Below, one piece after another: positions 12,472 through 24,909 of a DNA stretch of 64,000 nt (its first letter is position 1; each line of letters begins with the position of its first letter). The notes under the pieces are model-generated. The model saw only the letters and a list, made by a program, of their open reading frames with translations, did no database searches and was not told the origin of the DNA. The position numbers were made by a program, and so were the translations under genes. Source of the stretch: Lama guanicoe (Eukaryota); assembly GCA_013239625.1 (NCBI GenBank), contig MU053559.1, positions 372,001 through 436,000 on the forward strand. The letters run 5' to 3'.

Positions 12472-14539
12472 CTAAAAACAAACAGAAAAAAGTCAGAATG
12501 GACCACGCTACCACTGGTCACACCCATGTTTCACAAGAGCCCATGTGTCTGCCATGACTACTTTCCACTGTTTTCTTGGTCTTTTCCTCCTTCCAGAGGG
12601 ATAGACGAGAAGGTTAGGGGAGGTGGCCACCAAGACCAAACCCTCCCTTGTCTTCCCCAAGCTAGAATACATCTCTTCTGTAAGAAATGACGCGACATAG
12701 AGGAGGCCCAACCCCATGAATACAAGCCCCCTCTTGGCCTGTTTAACCCAGTCCCCTCCTTTTTCACTCCACAGTTAATGATCACAGAGGATCACAGAGG
12801 ACAGGACAAAAAGGTAGCATCTCAGATGAAATTAATGTTTCTGGGCGTGTGTGCTTACAGATCAACCTTGATGTCCAGTGGGAGGGCACAGCTTCCCACC
12901 CCTCACCTCCTGCCTTTGGCACATCTACCAGGTCTTTCTCTTGATTTGTGTTCTTTAGTCATTTGTATATTTACATTACATCTGCTGCAGAATTAGAAGA
13001 TCCCTGTGCACTGTAAATTGCAGAGTATAGTCGTTAAAAGAACAGACTCTGGAGCCAGACTGACATTTAATTACTCTCTGTGTGCCTTGGTTTCTCCTTC
13101 TGGGAAATGGGCCTGAATTTATATGTGTCTTATAGGACTGCTATGAACAATTTTTTTAAAAGTTGTATTTTTAAGGGCTTAGAACCTTGCCTGACATAGC
13201 AAGTGCTGTAAGAGTTAATGATAATGACGATGACAATGATGTCATGATCATCTTGTTTATAATTTGGACTCTCTGCATTCACTCCCAATCTCTACAGCCT
13301 CATCCATTGCTCTTGAACTCCAAGCCACATTGTCCTTTTGCCTTTCCTCATGAGGGCCATCCTTGTACCTTTAGCCTTAGGGCCTTTTGCACATGCTAAT
13401 ATCTGTCTCCCTGATTAGCATATAAGTTTCATAAGCATAGAGATTTCTGTTTTGTTCCCCACTGTGTCCCAAACAACCAGCAGATGTTCAATAATATTTA
13501 TTCAACTAATGAGTGTCTACTACAGTAATTAGGCCCAGAACCTGGCACAAAGTCTGACTTTTCTATTCCATTCTATTCTATTTTATTCTATTTCATTCCA
13601 CCCTGTGCTATTTTAGTCTGTTCTATTATGTTCAATTCCGTTGAAACTATTACATTTTACCATATGTGCTGCTGAAGCGAGCACTCAAACCATTACATTT
13701 TAAACAGTTGATTTCACTGAGCCCCAGCTTTTAAAAAAAAATACTGTGCTTTTCTATTTTCATGAGTGGCGGAGGCATTAGCAAAGTTGCTGACATCTGC
13801 TGTCCTCATGGATACAGAGAATCCACGTGGACACAGAAGCAGTAGAATGAGAAAGTGATTGACAGTTGGGCCCCACTGAAAATAAAGTCGTATGTTAAAA
13901 ACATCTTATTAACCTTTCAATGTCTGTAGGGTTTGTAATAGATAGCACTCCCTTTCAGTCCCAATATTGGTATTTTATATTTTTTCTCTTAATTTATTGA
14001 GAGAACAAAAATTACAAATTATTAATCTGTTCAAAGAACCATTTTTGACATTATTTTCTCTATTGTATGTTTGCTTTCCATTTTACCAGTTTCTGCTCTT
14101 ATCTTTATAACTTCCTTCTTTCCACTTTCTTAGGGTTCAGTTTGCTGTTCCTTTTCCAGATCCATGATCTGGAAGCTGAGGTAATTGATTTTCACCTTGT
14201 CTATAGGCGTTTAGAGCTCTGGACTTCCTCTAAGCACTGCTTTAGCTGCATCCACCAACTTTGATACTTTTTGGAAATCAACTCAACCTACTCCTCCCAT
14301 TATTCAATCCCGTGCCAGCTCAGATTCACTAACCCCCCGACCCCCTCCAGCTTTGCAGACAGGGAGCTCCATCCTAGCAAATTCAAGAATAAGTAGAGCT
14401 GGCTCTTCTAAGGAACAAGATCCACGTGGCTTAGAATCTAAGCATGAGGGAGCAGGACCAGGAGGGGAGGGCAGGGCCACATCATGCAGGGTTTTCAAGG
14501 CTAGGTTAGAGAGGCTGGTTTAGAAAAAGATGATCAAGT

Positions 14540-15030
14540 CAACTGAAGAAAAATGCACAACCTTAAAGTTGTGAGTTATGTTTTATTCAGGGTCTTACTG
14601 AGAACTATAGCCGAGAAGGCAACCTCTCAAGACAGCTCTGAGGAACTGCTCCAAAGAGGTAAGGGAGGGGCAGGATATATAGGAGTTTTGGCTGGGGAAA
14701 AAAACCCAAGTAGTCAAACATCAAAAGATTGCTGCTTATCACAAAAACAAAACAAAACAAAACAAAACAAAACAAAACCCAAAAAACCCAGACATCTCAA
14801 GTTAACGATTTTAGCACTTTTCTATGTATGGGAAGATGCAAGAGTCTGGGCTCATTGAAATTTTTCCTTAGAGATGCATCTCAGCTATCTAGGGCCAGTA
14901 TCCTGTTTTTCTCCATCCTGCATTCCCCCAGGGCGCACCGTTGTGGGGAGGCTGCAGTGGCTGCCAGCTGGAAGGCGAGGAGCATTCATTGTTTGCTGGA
15001 ATGGCAGGCAACACTCCCCTCCCACAACCC
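14540..15030 (-). mobile_element. ERV-type solo LTR
   Basis: Minus strand has AATAAA followed by an LTR-like U5 ending ...ttttcttcagttga; it interrupts older repeats. Family not determined. Confidence 0.55.
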
Positions 15031-15611
15031 AGACGCGGTAATCCCCTACGCTTACTGTGTGCCAAGCCCTGTTCTAAGCACTACATAAAATAAAATCCAT
15101 TTTATTCCTCACAACAACCCAACAGCATGTGTGTATATAATATTAAATACATAAATATATGCCTCCTCCACAGGGAAGGCTTCTATCTTTCTACAAAGTC
15201 CTCTTCAAGGTCTCCTTCAGTGTGCCAGGGGTCCCTGGGATTCTTCTAGCAAACCTCAAGGTCAGTGCTGTGTTTCTCAGCCGCTCCCCACACCGCTCTA
15301 GCCTGAGGGCCCTGGCTTCCCCACCCCCAGCCGCCCCCCAGGAAGCAGAACAGCCAGTCCTCAGCCCAGGCCCACTCCTGCAGCATGTTGACAGCTGGTC
15401 TTATGTTAGAGCACGGACCTCTTTCTGTGTCCCTCTGCTGCCCTCTGCTTGTCTTTGAAGGAGAAAGGAAAAGAGAGGAGGATGGGGAAAATGGATGACA
15501 GCGCTCCAGGATAGCCTGCGTAGAAGGGAAGCAGATTACCACGCCCGGCCGGAGACCCCTGCCTTGGTGCCAAGACCCGTGCCCCAGGCCCCCAGGGCCC
15601 ATCCCATTCAC

Positions 15612-15638
15612 CTGCTTCTCCAAAGTCCTGCTCCACAT
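15612..15638 (-). CDS. GLOD5: GLOD5 coding exon 1 (ATG start; in-frame TTG extension to 15674)
   Basis: ATG TGG AGC AGG ACT TTG GAG AAG CAG|gtgaat = MWSRTLEKQ. The spliced product is 148 aa from this ATG, or 160 aa from the in-frame TTG at 15674 (LLHHLPSRLPGG...). Confidence 0.88.
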
Positions 15639-15847
15639 CCCGCCTGGCAGCCTGGAGGGCAGATGGTGCAGCAAGGTGGGCTAAGTGTCCTTGCTCGTGG
15701 GCCTCCAGGCAACCCTCTGGCTCTGTGCCCAGAGATCAAAGGGCAGGAGTAGGAGGGCCACGGACTGAGGACGGCTGGTGCTGACAGAGGTAGGTGGTGC
15801 ACGTGCCAGGACTCTGACATCAAACTGGAAAGTAAAAGCTTAAGATA

Positions 15848-16200
15848 TGTCTTAGCCAGCTCAGGCCGCCATTATATAGTACTATAGACAGGGTGGCCTA
15901 AACCACAGAAATGTATTTTCTCACAATTCCGGAGGCCAGAAGTCCAAGATCAGAGTGCCAGCATGGTCAGGTTCCGGTGGCAGCTCTCTTCCTGGCTTGA
16001 AGATGGCCACCTTCTTGCCATGTGCTCACATGGTAGAAAGAAAGGACGTGGTTTCTGGTGTCTTCTTATAAGGACACTAATGCCATCATGAGGTCCCCAC
16101 CCTCATGACTTCATTTAACCCTAGATAAGCCGCCCAAAGCCACTCCTAATACCATCACATTGAGGGGTTAGGGCTTTTAACACATGAATTTGCGGGGTGG
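15848..16200. mobile_element. MLT1A/B-type MaLR LTR just upstream of GLOD5 exon 1
   Basis: cagaaatgtattttctcacaattccggaggccagaagtccaagatcagagtgccagcatgg...ataccatcacattgaggggttagggc is characteristic MLT1 text. Confidence 0.85.
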
Positions 16201-17639
16201 GCACAAACATTCAATCCATAACGAGGTGTATATGTGTAAGGGATTACTTTGTAATGACATAGGAAAAGCCACCCATCCCAAACTACTGGGGGGAACGTTA
16301 TTTCTAGGGTGTGAGGCCCCTGATCTATTTAGGGTGTGTCTCTGGAGTGTGAGATCTCTGATCTGTTTGGGACTGAGCTCTGGAGTCCTCCCCCTTCCCA
16401 ACCTCTCTCTCACCCCATCCTCACCCTCCATTGCTGAGAGTCAGGGAACAATCATCAGCCCTATTGCTGTTTGCCTTACCTTGAACTTAGCACCTCTCTC
16501 TCTTGTGGGTTACCTCTCTAGCCCCTGGGGCATATGAGTTTCAGATTCTTATTCCTAGGCACACCCCAGATCCCTAACAGACACACAAATGCTCTGTGCT
16601 ATGCATATTATTTTTATCTTACGATTTTCCTTTATAAAGAGTTACACGAATACATGAAATGGGTTTGTATTAAAAGTTCCAACAAAACATCAAATATATG
16701 GACTATACAGGTCATCCCCACCTCCACTCTCCAAAAATGATCACTGAGGTCAGTTTCTGGTGTTTCCTTCAAACACATACACACACACACACACACACGC
16801 ATAAACACACACTCACACACAGAGTCACTAAAACCATCTCCCACCTGCTTTTCCCTGTTAACAGCATGTCCTGTGGAAGGCACTCCCACCCCATAGGAAC
16901 ACACAGGTCCCACGCATTCTGTATCACGTCAGGTGGGTACTCTGTGGTATAACATAAACTCCCCAACTTTCATTTCACTCTGCAGCAGTCATCGTCTAGA
17001 AATGGACATTTATAAGGTTTTCCCAGTCATTTGCTCCTACCTGCCTGGTGCACACAGCTGTGTGTGTGTGTGTGTGTGTGCGAGTTAGAAGTGGAATTGC
17101 TGGGTCAAAGGGTTCTTTCATTCAGCAGACGCCCAATGAGTGAGGTCTGTGTGATGAGCACTGTTCTAAGTGCTGGGAAGACATCAGAGAACAAGACAGA
17201 CAAACATCCCTGCCCACATGGAGCCAACATTCCAGTTGGAGAGGAGGGTGTCCAATTTTTATTTAGATGTTTCACAAGCCCTGGAAGCTTTCGCTGTCAT
17301 CAGTGGTGCGGTCACTGGCTGCTTCTCCACTGCTGTCTGTGGGGCAGGGTCTGCAGCAGGAGGCTGGCTGCCTTGGCCTTTGCTCTCTACAAGATCTGCA
17401 GGGGCTGGGGCTGGGATGGTCTGTTTGGAGACGTGGATGCGAGTATGCCTGTGTGTGGTTGCGGAGGGGTGTGGAAACTGAATGGTCTACTGGAGAGAGA
17501 GAGTGAGGGGAAACAGGCAGAGACCACTTCCTGGTGTTGGAGGGAGCTAGGGACAAAGTGATCCCCAGAGGTGGCATGAGCAGCCCCTCCCGGGCCACAC
17601 CCACAGAGAGTGGGCAGGAGCGGAGGCGCTGAGGTATCT

Positions 17640-19040
17640 AGTGTCGTCTCAGAACATACCATTGTGTCATTGTCATGTGGACACTTTTGGGGCCACATAG
17701 ACAGGGGGTATGGCCACCACATGAGGTAGCCTACACTGGAGGTTGGACAGCCTTGGTTACTCAGACGGGGGTCTGGGCTTTCCAGAAGTCACACACACTG
17801 GGGAGTGGACACTCCTGGAATCACACACGCTGGACGCTGCACACTCTTGGGATCACACAAAGTAGAGTGTAGACACCTCTGGGGTCAGATGGACAGGTGT
17901 GTTGACATTGTTATAGTTAAACAAACTAAGGTGTGGACGGTCCTGGGGTCAGGTTTGTATGTGGACACTTCTGGGCTCACATACACTAGGAGGCGGGTAC
18001 TTCTGAGTCACCCAGACTGGTTAGTGGATATTTGTAGGGTCACACATACTGGGGTGTGAACACCCCAGAGGTCAGATAGCCTGGGGTATGAACACTGCTG
18101 AGGTCACACAGACTGTAGCGTGGAACCTCTTGGGATCACTCAGACTGGGATGTACACATCTGGGATCAGACAGCTTAAGGTGTGGGCAACTGTGAGGTCA
18201 TACAGGGTGGGTGTGGACAGATGTGGGGTCATGAAGATGAGGGTTTGGACACTCCTGGAGTCACTCAGACTGGAGTGTGGACAGACCTGAGGTCACTCAG
18301 GCAGAGGTGCGAACACTCCAAGGTCTCCCAATGCACATACACTGGAGAGTAGACAGTCCTGAGGTCACACAGAGAGAGTTTGGAACACTCTTAAAGTTAA
18401 ACACATTGGGGAGTGGACACTTCTGAAACCACACACGGGTGGACTGGACACTCCTTGTGTCACACAGACTGGAGTGTGAACATTCATGGTGTCCCACAGA
18501 GGAGGGAATACTCTTGGGGTTATAGTGACTGAGGTGGGGACAGTCCTATGGACTGTGTTGTAGACACTCCTGCAATCTTGGTGAAAGCGGTATGGACATT
18601 CTTGTGGTCAAAGAAGTGATGAGCCGGCACTGCCGGGGCTGGAGATTAAGGTGTGGACACTCCCTTGGTCACACAGAGTAATTGATGGATGCTCCTCGGT
18701 ATAGACTTGGGAGCAGACACTGCTGAGGTCACAGGCTGTGGTGAGGGTGGTTCAAGGGTCATATACATGGGTATTTGGACACTCATGGGCTCACACACAA
18801 TGGGGAGTCAACAGTCATGGGGTCCCTCACATGGGGAGTTGAACACTCATGATCACATGGACTGGGATGTGGACATGCTGGTGTAACACAACTTGGGGAG
18901 TGGGCACACACTGGGATGAGGGTCTCCCTGGCATCACACACAGTAGTGTGCACAGTCCTGGTGTCACAGAATGGGGAGAGGATGCTCCTGGGGTCACACA
19001 GATTGGGGAAAGGATGATGCTGAAGGTGTGCGTTTGGAGA
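17640..19040 (+). repeat. Degenerate ~32-bp tandem array (consensus approx. GGTGTGGACACTCCTGGGGTCACACAGACTGG)
   Basis: GGACAC...GGTCACAC motifs recur every ~32 bp, for example 18246-18310: ggacactcctggagtcactcagactggagtgt / ggacagacctgaggtcactcaggcagaggtgc. Confidence 0.85.
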
Positions 19041-19054
19041 CCACTGATTAAGAA

Positions 19055-19408
19055 GGGAAAGTTCAAATACCACCGGTTCAAGTAATTAAACAGGGAGGCC
19101 ATTAGGTTGAGGTGGCTCTGATGCCTTGGTAGCCTACGTGAGCCAGAGTCAAAGCACCTGTATCTGAGAAATCAAAATTTAAGAAGAACCAGTCACAAAC
19201 AGCCAACTGGGTTTTCCCAAATAAGCACCCTCTTCCGCTCTAAACCAATCAAATAAGCTCGCTTTGCTTCTCCATCTGCCCTATAAAAGCCTTGCCCCAG
19301 CTCATGGTGTGGAGGGCTTCTAAACCACTTCCCAGAGCTGCCCAATTCCAGCGTTTGCTTAAATAAACTCCTGAAACATACAAATGTGCCTCAGTTTATC
19401 TTTTAACA
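19055..19408 (+). mobile_element. ERV1-type solo LTR
   Basis: CCAAT (aaaccaatc), TATA (cctataaaag), AATAAA and a 3' end ...atcttttaaca in LTR order. Confidence 0.7.
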
Positions 19409-22400
19409 CACCTGAGCCATGCACATGACAGGCTCTAGAATATGCGCTTCACTTTTAATCACCATGTAGGACCCACAGACTGCCTCTTTTTGTCACTGTC
19501 GGGTATGCCCGAGGAAGGGAACCGTCTATAATCTGTTGCTTGGAAGGTCTGCAGTGCCTGAGACCTGGGGCTTCTCACTTATTTTCAGAATTGGTCTTAC
19601 TGTTTCTTTATCTGTGAAATGGGAATTGCTTGTTTCCCACCTCCTTTTTCAAGACATTTTGAGGATGAAGTGAGGGTCTCAAGTTAAAACTGCTTTGTAA
19701 AATAAAGCACCAGGCCTGAGACTTTTAAAATTCAAAGCAGTGAGCTGGCTGCTTCAGTGGCGTGGGGCAAGGAGCTGGGAGAGTGGACACCAAGTTTGTA
19801 ATCATGGATCTAACTGACCTTGAATGAGTCGCTTGCACTAGCCTCAGATTCCTGGGGATAACTACCCATCTGACAGGGCGTCGCAGTGACAGCTGGCTGT
19901 CCCCAAAAGTCATGCTTTGTCTGCCCTAATGTTGAGCTGTTGCAAAGCAGCTGCCCAGCCAGAAATTACATCTTCCACCCTCCCTTGCACCTGGGTGGAG
20001 CCATATGACCAGTCCTGCCCAATGGGCTTGAGCTAAAACCATGCGAGTCCTTAAGAAACAGTGATGTTCCCTCCATTTGCCCTTTGTCCATCCTTTGGAG
20101 GTCTCGAGCCCCAGCAGAGGGGAAAGCCACAGTGTACAAGGAGCCTGGGGTCCTCAGCCAGCACATGGAAGTCCACCTATCAAACAGAAACACCCACATT
20201 ATTCTGTGATGAGAGCAAGAAACAAACTTTTATTATTGTGTGAAACCACTGACATTGTGGGGTTGATTTGTTACTGCAAAAGAGTTAACTTCTGACTACA
20301 CATACAGTGTTGTGTGGATCGAATCCTCTGTGGAAATGGACTTTGCCAGCTGAGGAGCCCACGGACAGGGGAGCCTTCTTCCGGGAGGGTCTCCTGGCTT
20401 CAAGGAGCTGCTAGTCCTTCCTTTACAGCAGGCAGAGCTCTGGCCAGGGTGAGGGGCTGGGAGGGCATTGGCACCACCCTAGCTGGACACTGGCTCCACT
20501 GAGGGGGTGGGGGAACCCTGGACATGGGACTCTGTTCTTCAGAGACCCAGAGGTGAATGAGGGGCTGGTGATCTGTAGCTTGGCTCAGCTTTAATAATAG
20601 GCTTCAGAACTACTATATATAACGTAGATAAACAGCAAGGTCCTACTGGATAGCACAGGGAACTATATTCAATACCTTATAACAACAACATTGTTAGTCA
20701 ACTATACTTCAATAAAAATATTTTAAAATGACCAAAAAAAATGGGCTTCAGGGTATTTCTAGAGTTGGCAGAATTCAGTCACAGCTTTCCATAGATAAAT
20801 TAAAGATAGCTTTGATTTCACTAAATGACTCCAACAGCAGATTTCTTTTTCTCCTTAGAGTGAAGGCACTTTCTGTTGAGTCGCCGAGACCCACTATGCT
20901 CCCTCCCCATCCACTGCTGGCCCCAGTGCTCCTCCTAGGACAAAGCCCCAGAAGAGCTTGTGGGGCAGCAGCCAGGGTTTCCCAGACTATGCCACCTTCA
21001 GGGCCATTTGATGCTCCTATGACCCCAGGCCCACACAATATGCTGGGACAGTGCTTGCTTACAAAGTGTTATTTCTACCCTAAAGAAAACTCCTGCCTTT
21101 CCACCAGATCCAGGGTTTGTGAGAACTTGAGGGAAGGCATTTAAACCACATAGGCTCTGTAACTCAGTTTCCCTGTCCATAAAATGAACATGCTAGAACC
21201 TGGCCTGGTCATCTCAGAGGGTAGTTAAGAGATTATGTGAAAAGGTTCTTTCTCAGTAAGGCATTCTTCCTGCAAGTAACAGAAAGCCCTATTAGAGTGC
21301 CTTCAAGTAAGGAGTTTATTTCCTCCCATTACCAGAAAATTTGTGATTGGCAGTCTCAAGCTCAATGATATTGTAAACAGGGTTGAATTTTCACTCCCCC
21401 TCTTCGCTTCTTTCATCTCAACCATCTTTAAGCATGCTGGCTTTTGTCTTCATGCTTATTGCCTTGTGGTCCCAAGATGGCTGCTGCACTTCCAGCCCTC
21501 ACATCTGTATCCAATTCAGGAAAAAGGGATCAGAACAAAGGCTTTCTCTTAATGAAACATTCTCTTTTTATTTGAGAGGGACAGCCTTCACTATAGATTA
21601 TCCTGTATTGAATAAGGGATAATTCCTCATTGACCAAAATGGAATCAAATGTCCCCCTCTCCAACTTATCCAAGGGAGGCAAAATTGCTATGATTCTGTT
21701 AGATCAGTCATAATCTATTCTCTTGGTCTTGTGGAGGAATTTAGCCTCCTTAAGGACAGGTAATCTCCATTACCATCTGAGAAGAGTTGGGATGGGATAG
21801 TGGAGAGGGAGAGAATGGGGGTGAGGACAATAGGGGAGGCAGTGGGAAGCATTTGCCATAGAACCACAGAATGGGAAGCAAGGTGAGTGAGGTTCTAGCC
21901 CTAGTTCTGCATTGGAGTTGCTGTGTGGCTTGGGTTCTGTCTCTTACCCTCTTTGGGCCTTGGTTTCTCTTCTGTACTGAAGGGAATTGAGGTCAGAGGT
22001 TTCAAAGGCCACACTATATGTTGGTAGACCTGTGGCCTTGACCTGGACATGGGGGCTGGGCTGTGGAATTCACTATGTGGCAGTGAAGGCCCACTGCATC
22101 CTTCAGTGGGGAAGGTCCAGGGACTACTAGGCTCATGTCTCCTTCCAGCTGGCAGGGGCAAGGATCTCTCCTAGGATCAAGGCCATTTTGGTTGTTCTTG
22201 AAGATGTCACTCTGAGGGTGTACAAGGGTCTCCTGGGGCACAGCAGGGGCCCACACCTGGGTCCAATTTTCAGTTTCCAGTCTCAGCTCTGTTATATCAC
22301 ACTGGGTGAACTTGAACAGATCCCTGGCCCTCTCTGTGCCATAGTCTCTCCATTTGTTCAGTGAGGAGGTTAATGATGGTCTCTGCTGGACTTTACAGCC

Positions 22401-23042
22401 CTAAACTGCTGTTCAAGAAAGATGGAAGAGTCAATAAAAAACAACACAAAATAAAACAAGAAAAAAAAAGAAAGACAGTAAGAGAAAGGTGAGGTTTGCA
22501 TGCCTAGGACCATGGGACGCCCTTAGAGGCAGGCAATGGGGGAGTCAGGAATTGCCAGGGAAATGTGGGGAGACCGCCTCCTGTAAGAGGGGAGCTGGAG
22601 CTGCCTTCAGTGCTAACACCCTACTGCAGCTGAAGCTTTGATGTGGATGCTGCACAGAGTCCTTGGGGAAAGGGCAGATCCTCTGGTGGTCCTTCCAGCC
22701 TCCCTCTGTCTGCAGTTTCACTGCCAACTGCAAGCAGGTCTCAGTCAAGGCTGTTCTGATCTTGTGGCCATTAGGGTTTTTCCCTACCCCTTCTCTCCAA
22801 GTAAAACCAGAACTTTTGTGGATGGCCTGTCTCCTTTCCTTCCTTTCTTCCCTTTTTATTATTCATTGGGCACCTACTTGGTGCCAGGTGCTGGGGATGT
22901 AACAGGACCATGGCAGACCTGTTCCTGTTCTCCTGGAGCACAGAATCTGCTGGGTGAGTCTGCAGTTAAACAAGCAATTAAACTTCCTCATCAGGAGTGT
23001 TCTAAAGGGGAGCACAGATGGGGACCAACCAGAGCCAAAGAG

Positions 23043-23535
23043 GGTGTCTTGGTTTCCTAGGGCTGTTGTAACAAAGTACCAAAAACATGGTGGCTTAAAC
23101 ATCAGAAATTTATTCACTCACAGCTCTGGAGGCCAGAAGTCCTCAATCAAGGTATCAGCAAGGCAGCACTCCCTCCAGAGGCTCTAGGGGAGAACCTAGT
23201 TGTTGCTTCTTCCAGCTTCCAGTGGCTGCCAGCATTCCTTGGCTTGTGGCCCCATCGCTCCTGTCTCTGCCTCCATGGTCACATTGCCACCTCCTCTGTG
23301 GGTATCTTCACAGCTTCTCCTTTTCTGTCTATCTCAGATCTTCCTCAGTCTCCCTCTTAAAAGGACACTTGTGGTTATATTTAGGGCCTACCAGCTAATC
23401 CAGATAATCTCCCCATCTCCAGATCCTTCATTTAATTCCATCTGCAAGGTCCTTTTTTGCCATATAAGTGAAAATTCACAGGATCTAGTGATTAGGAGGT
23501 TGACATCTTTCGGAGAGCTATTATTTAGCCTGTGA
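23043..23535. mobile_element. MLT1C-type LTR
   Basis: tttcctagggctgttgtaacaaagtaccaaaaacatggtggcttaaacatcagaaatttattcactcacagctctggaggccagaagtcc. Confidence 0.85.
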
Positions 23536-24071
23536 CAGTTGGGGATGCCAGAGGGGGAGTCCACAGGGAGGTGACATCTTGGTTGAAATCTGAAGGATAA
23601 GGAGTTAAGTTACCCAAGCAGAAGAAAGGGAGACAGAATGTGCCAGTGGCATGCGTAAAGCTCTTGGAGATGAGAACCAACAATAATAACACGGGGAAAC
23701 CGAGCAGTTTAGGATAGCACATCATAGGGTGATGGGCGGGTTGCAGAGGCCCAGATTAGCCCAGCCAGGCAGAGGGAAGGTGAAGAAATAGCCTGACCAT
23801 GTCTTGGTGCTTCACAGGCCACGTGGCTCCATGGTCGTGTGTAACGGACAGGCTGAGGGCTGGCCGGTGTCTGCAAGGCACAGTCCCTCATCACACCTGG
23901 GGACTTGGGCTGCCAGCCCCTTCTCACTCACTCACTCAGGAAGGCAGGCCTCTGGACTGGAGTTCTCCCACCAGCACAGGTCAGTGTGGACTGACAGTGG
24001 TGAAGAGCCTGGCTTCTAGAGTTGAGTGGCCTGGGCTGGGATCACAGCTCTGCCACTCACTGGCAGGATGA

Positions 24072-24715
24072 TGATAAAAGAAATGTTCACATCTTGAGAC
24101 AGATATAGGGAAGCCATTCTGGCTTATACATGAGTTAACTTGAATTTCATGCTAACTAAAATAGCCTGTTTGTGGCCAATCAAATATACACTGTACATCT
24201 GCTTTAACTAGGAAAGAAAAAGGCACATTGACCAGAAGTAAAGAATGTCCACGTTAAAAAATAAAGATTGGGGGTGAGTATAGCTCAGCGGTAGAGCGCA
24301 TGCTTAGCATGCATGAGGTCCTGGGTTCAACCCCTAGTACCTCCATTTAAAAATAAATAAATAAACAAACCTAATTCCACCCCCCCAAAAAAAAAGTTTT
24401 AAAAAAAGATTAAATGCCCCTTTTCCTAGGACGCCAGTGCTGGTTCCCCTTTGATGGTAAGACTCCCTTCCCAGACGCCAAGGCCATATTGTACGTGCTG
24501 GTCTGTTTCTTTGGAAACCTTGAAGAAATGTATCCCTGACTTGTTTAACGTTCTTTGTTCTGAAAAGATAAAACTGTGCTGGAAGCCCTGCTTCTCTGGG
24601 GGCAGTTTCTCAGAGTAATCTGGGAAGCGGGCTTCTGGGCTAGTCCTCAGTTTGGCTGAAATAAAACCCTTTTCTATTCTTATTATTGATTGTTTACTGA
24701 TTATTCTCATGGACA
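24072..24715 (+). mobile_element. ERV1-type solo LTR inserted in a MIR, containing a SINE
   Basis: TG...CA ends, 4-bp TSD atga/atgg, AATAAA near 24660. MIR halves (ctctgccactcactggc | ctttgggcaggttactta) lie on either side. Confidence 0.75.
24269..24400 (+). mobile_element. Vic-1-type SINE
   Basis: GGGGGTGAGTATAGCTCAGCGGTAGAGCGCATGCTTAGCATGCATGAGGTCCTGGGTTCAACCCCTAGTACCTCCA plus AAAT tail. TSD aaaa.aaagatt. Confidence 0.9.
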
Positions 24716-24909
24716 ATGGCTTTGGGCAGGTTACTTAGCCTTGCTGGAACCCTCTCCCCGCTTTCCTGCCCTCCAGCTAGCAGGTGCTTTGCAAATGTTA
24801 GTTATTATGAACACCAGGAAGCACTGCCAGCTTTGGGATATTTCAGAGAGAGGCAGGAGAAATGGGGGGCCTCTAGGTCAGCATTAGCCTAAAGCCCACT
24901 TCCTCTTTT

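Noticed and set aside
24269..24345. Apparent tRNA-Ala(AGC) gene
   Set aside because: It has a SINE tail and TSD, an altered acceptor stem, and many dispersed siblings in the window, so it is a SINE.
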